Source: Podarcis muralis (Eukaryota). From it: DNA of 64,000 bases. Every line of letters starts with the position of its first letter. Position 1 is the first letter of the stretch. Location of the stretch: contig NC_135667.1 of the NCBI RefSeq assembly GCF_964188315.1, positions 17,174,001-17,238,000 on the forward strand, read 5' to 3'. The notes under the pieces are model-generated. The model had not been told where the DNA came from and ran no database searches. It was given only the letters and a program-made list of their open reading frames with translations. Made by a program: the position numbers and the translations under genes. Shown piece after piece: positions 60,636 to 64,000 of this stretch.

Positions 60636-62404
60636 TTCATTCATTCACTTTGGACCCAGAGAGAAGTTGCCTCGCACAGAAAGGCCCTCAGTTTTAGGGC
60701 GTATAAAAATATTTCTTTATTTATTTTAAATTATCTCACTCCTTTTCATGGCCTGACAATATATATTGATCCTAACATATAGTTCTGAAAGCACCCATGG
60801 CATTTTATGGCGCTAGCATTCTCCTTGCCACACTAATGGGTGCTGGAGGTTTTTAAGTGTCTAATGACTGGCTCACCGTCTGGAAAGTATCCTATGCCTT
60901 CTTTTCACTCCATTCTGCAGAGTTTTATTTGTGCAGTGAGACAGCCTGATTTCTGACCCAGGTACCTAATTGGGAAATTGCAATAGCAATTTATTAAATG
61001 CAAATAGAGCATATCTTGATCAAAGGGACTGGAGGAGGAAGGGAGTGTGGATTTCGCAAAACTCGGTTGCTAGAATACAAACAATCCTCTTGAAATCAGA
61101 GTATAACAATGGCAGAACAATCTGAAATGGCTGGAAGGAGTCAGTTTCAGTTCTCCCCTTATCGCTTTATGAATTTATAAAGTTGCCATCATATTTTAAG
61201 TAGCCCACTGGGCGCGACCTGACTTTATGCTGAGTAAACGCATATAGGACTGCACTGGTGATCGATGCTCCTACATTTTCTCCATCTCAAAGTTATCCTC
61301 TGTGGTACCAGCTTTCAAATTCATATAAAGCAAAGGATGTGATGCCCCAGCAGACTACTGGTCAGTTTTCAATGGACCACTAGGTATCAGCTGCTGTTTG
61401 CTGTGATTTCTGCCAATGAGTGGACCAGGGCTTGATTTTGCAAGGAGTGTCTACATATAAATCAGCCCAGGGACTTTTCATTGATATGACTCAAGACTGT
61501 TAAGTCACACTTTCTGTCTGGACGTGACACATTCTGATGCCAGATGCAAGTATCCTGAGCTGCTCAGTTTGTGGGGGGGATTTAGGCTGCACACACACAG
61601 AACATTTAATGCACATGGCTCCCTGCAAAGAATCTGGGAACTGTAGTTTGTTTAGCGTGTTTGGAGCTGTAGCCCTGTGAGGGTGAACCACAGTTCCCAC
61701 AATTCTTTGGGTGAATCCATGAGTGCCAGATGAAGCGATTCCACCACATATGAAGTAGTGTTCCAGTAGAACCACAGCCTCTCCTTTTCTGATTTTAGAC
61801 AGAGTGGAGTCCAATACCATCTCAATAGCCTTTTTAGAGTGGCTTCTTGTATACTGTATTTGCAGATATGGTTTTTAATGGGGCTCTGGACAGCAACATT
61901 TCCCAAATCCTCTATCCAAATACCTCAGTTGCTCTCCCAAACGTCTCAGTCCATGGGATGAGCCACATTACGTATATTGAGTAGAAATTTGTATATATTT
62001 GAAGCTTGGCCACTTCAACTGGAGACTGCATGTGAACAAAAGGTGTTTTTTTTTAAAAGTCGAGGAACAGAGCCCTTCTCCTTTATGGAGTAGGACTTGA
62101 ATAAATGAATATACTTGAGTTGGAGTCTGTTATAGGGAGACATGTTTTATTATATCCTTAAGCAAATTTTCTGCAATGGGTCAACCTTTGGGCAAAATCT
62201 CTTTTCATTTTATGGATTCCCCTTTTTCTGCACAATAGGAACTGGTGATACTTATCATCAAAGCAAAGGCCAGTTAATCCAAAATAGGAGTTAAAGGTGA
62301 TGGCAAATGAGTTAAGTGCAAACTGCCATTCACACTGCATTCAGAAGTTCTGCTGTTACTTATTTTGCTAATGTGAGCCCATGATGTTTTCAGGAAAGAT
62401 AGGG

Positions 62405-62880
62405 CATTAAAATTGGGTTGTGAGGATTCCAAGTTCCGTTTTGACAGATAGATTTAAAGCTGAGTTATTAATCACACGTGTCAACAATTTTAATTGCAAG
62501 ACCTCATAATACAGCTTAAGATTTGGGGCACCAAAAGCTCCCTTAGTTCTCGGTCGATACAGGGTTAGACAGTTCATCCTGCTCCTTTTACCTCCTGAAA
62601 TAAAAATACTAATAATCAAATGTTGCCATCCATCCAGCTGAGGACAAGGGATATGTATGGGCAGTTTCAGAAAGAAAAATAGAAATTTAGGAAGCATTCA
62701 CATCTTCAGTGCTGCAATTTGGTCTAACCAACTTAAATTTAAATGCTTCCAAGAGCAGAGCTCTTCTGTGGTCTTTTTATGGAGATTCCCTAAATTTCTT
62801 TGGCAGAGTACCTTCCTTTGGTATAATGATACCAAGATACCTAATTATTCCATATAACAATTTGGAATGGTATCTTTGAG
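62405..62880 (-). mobile_element. Degraded L1/Tx1 ORF2 fragment
   Basis: LPKFLFFF.KLPI.IP...GK..R...LY.P..KG.FGAPNLKLYY, the post-RT region of L1-type ORF2. Confidence 0.7.
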
Positions 62881-63002
62881 TCCCCTCTAAGCAGGCAGTT
62901 TTGTATTTGTGGGGTGGGATTCTGTGGCAGAAGGCATTCAGGCTAGTCCTTTAAAGCCTTTTAAGCACCCCTTTTTTACATATTTAAAGATTTAGTCAAG
63001 TA

Positions 63003-63636
63003 CAGTGGTACCTTGGTTCTCAAACGCCTTGGTACTCAAACGCTTGGTTCCCAAATGCTGAAAACCCAGAAGTGTTTCGGTTTTCGAAGATGCAGTTGTC
63101 AGCTATTGTTTCCGAGGTGCTTGCACCAATCAGAAGCTGTGCCTTGGTTTTCGAACATTTTGGAAGTCAAACGGACTTCCAGAATGGATCAGGTTTGACG
63201 CTTTTGTTTATGCTATTTATTTTGAGTTTTTGTTTTTGAGGCTTTTTCAGTTAATTTGTCTTTGTGACTGTGTGGAACCCATTTCAACTACTGATTGATT
63301 GTGTGACTGTGGAAATAGATAAAAGATCCAAACAATGACTACAGTATCTTCAGTGCAGGTAAGATAATTTTTTTTAAAAAAAATTATCATCTACAATACT
63401 GTCATTCATTTTATAGTACAGTACATTGAATATTGCTTTCATTTTATGGATCAATGGTCTCATTAGATAGTAAAATTCATGTTAAATTGCTGTTTTGGGA
63501 GTTGTTTTTAAAAGTCTGGAATGGATTGAGCTGTTTTGCATTACTTTCTATGGGAAAGTGTGGTTTGGTTTTGGAACACTTTGGTTTTGGAACGGACTTC
63601 TGGAACGGATTAAGTTTGAGAACCAAGGTACCACTG
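63003..63636. mobile_element. Tc1/mariner MITE, family B
   Basis: TA TSD, TIR CAGTGGTACCTTGGTTCTCAAAC; homologous to 38775-39330. Confidence 0.87.
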
Positions 63637-64000
63637 TACAACTATGTTGCCATAGAAACAACTAGCAAGTGATACCTCCAGAAAGAGAGGATAACAGGGC
63701 TTCCCCACCATGTCATTCTAGGGATAGGAGAGTAGGAGAGCAATAGGTCATGTTTAAAGTCTTTAAGATAATGCAAGGCTATCTTTAAAAAAACAACAAC
63801 CAAAAAACCATTTTCTTGGCTGTGCACTGGAGCTTGTTTATCTCATTAGGCTCTTGTAAGGAAAGAGAAATTAATATGTAGATGATGAATTATATCCACC
63901 TGGGCAAGTGGAAACACTTCTTGGTCAAGCATGGCAGGGCACCCAATTTTTGTTCGACTTCCTCCACCCCTCTGCGGTCCCTCTTTGCCATATCCCAAAT

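Overview
Vertebrate (squamate, most likely lacertid lizard, inferred from Sauria SINE/BovB/Penelope repeat content) genomic DNA with one assembly gap (44418-44668). Genes I can support, left to right: the CpG promoter and probable first non-coding exon of an unidentified minus-strand gene (~1.2 kb); a 4-exon C2H2 zinc-finger gene (+, CDS 2936-8855, ~908 aa, ~25 finger units in three arrays, the central one acidic); a urotensin-II-receptor-family GPCR (-, 22076-23086, with a probable in-frame upstream exon); a two-exon C19orf85 orthologue (+, 41222-43456) that the ORF track splits; and a replication-dependent histone cluster arranged as an inverted duplication H1> <H3 H4> [Gypsy] H3> <H1 (47.3-60.7 kb) with no H2A/H2B. 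An internally deleted Mag-clade Ty3/Gypsy element with an open gag frame sits inside the histone palindrome. The rest is TE-rich: Sauria SINEs, tRNA/CR1 SINEs, BovB, L1, L2, Penelope remnants carrying hammerhead-ribozyme motifs, Tc1/pogo-type and hAT MITEs, and a probable solo LTR. No CRISPR, rRNA or intact tRNA genes. All calls are by eye from sequence and remembered family motifs; no searches were run.
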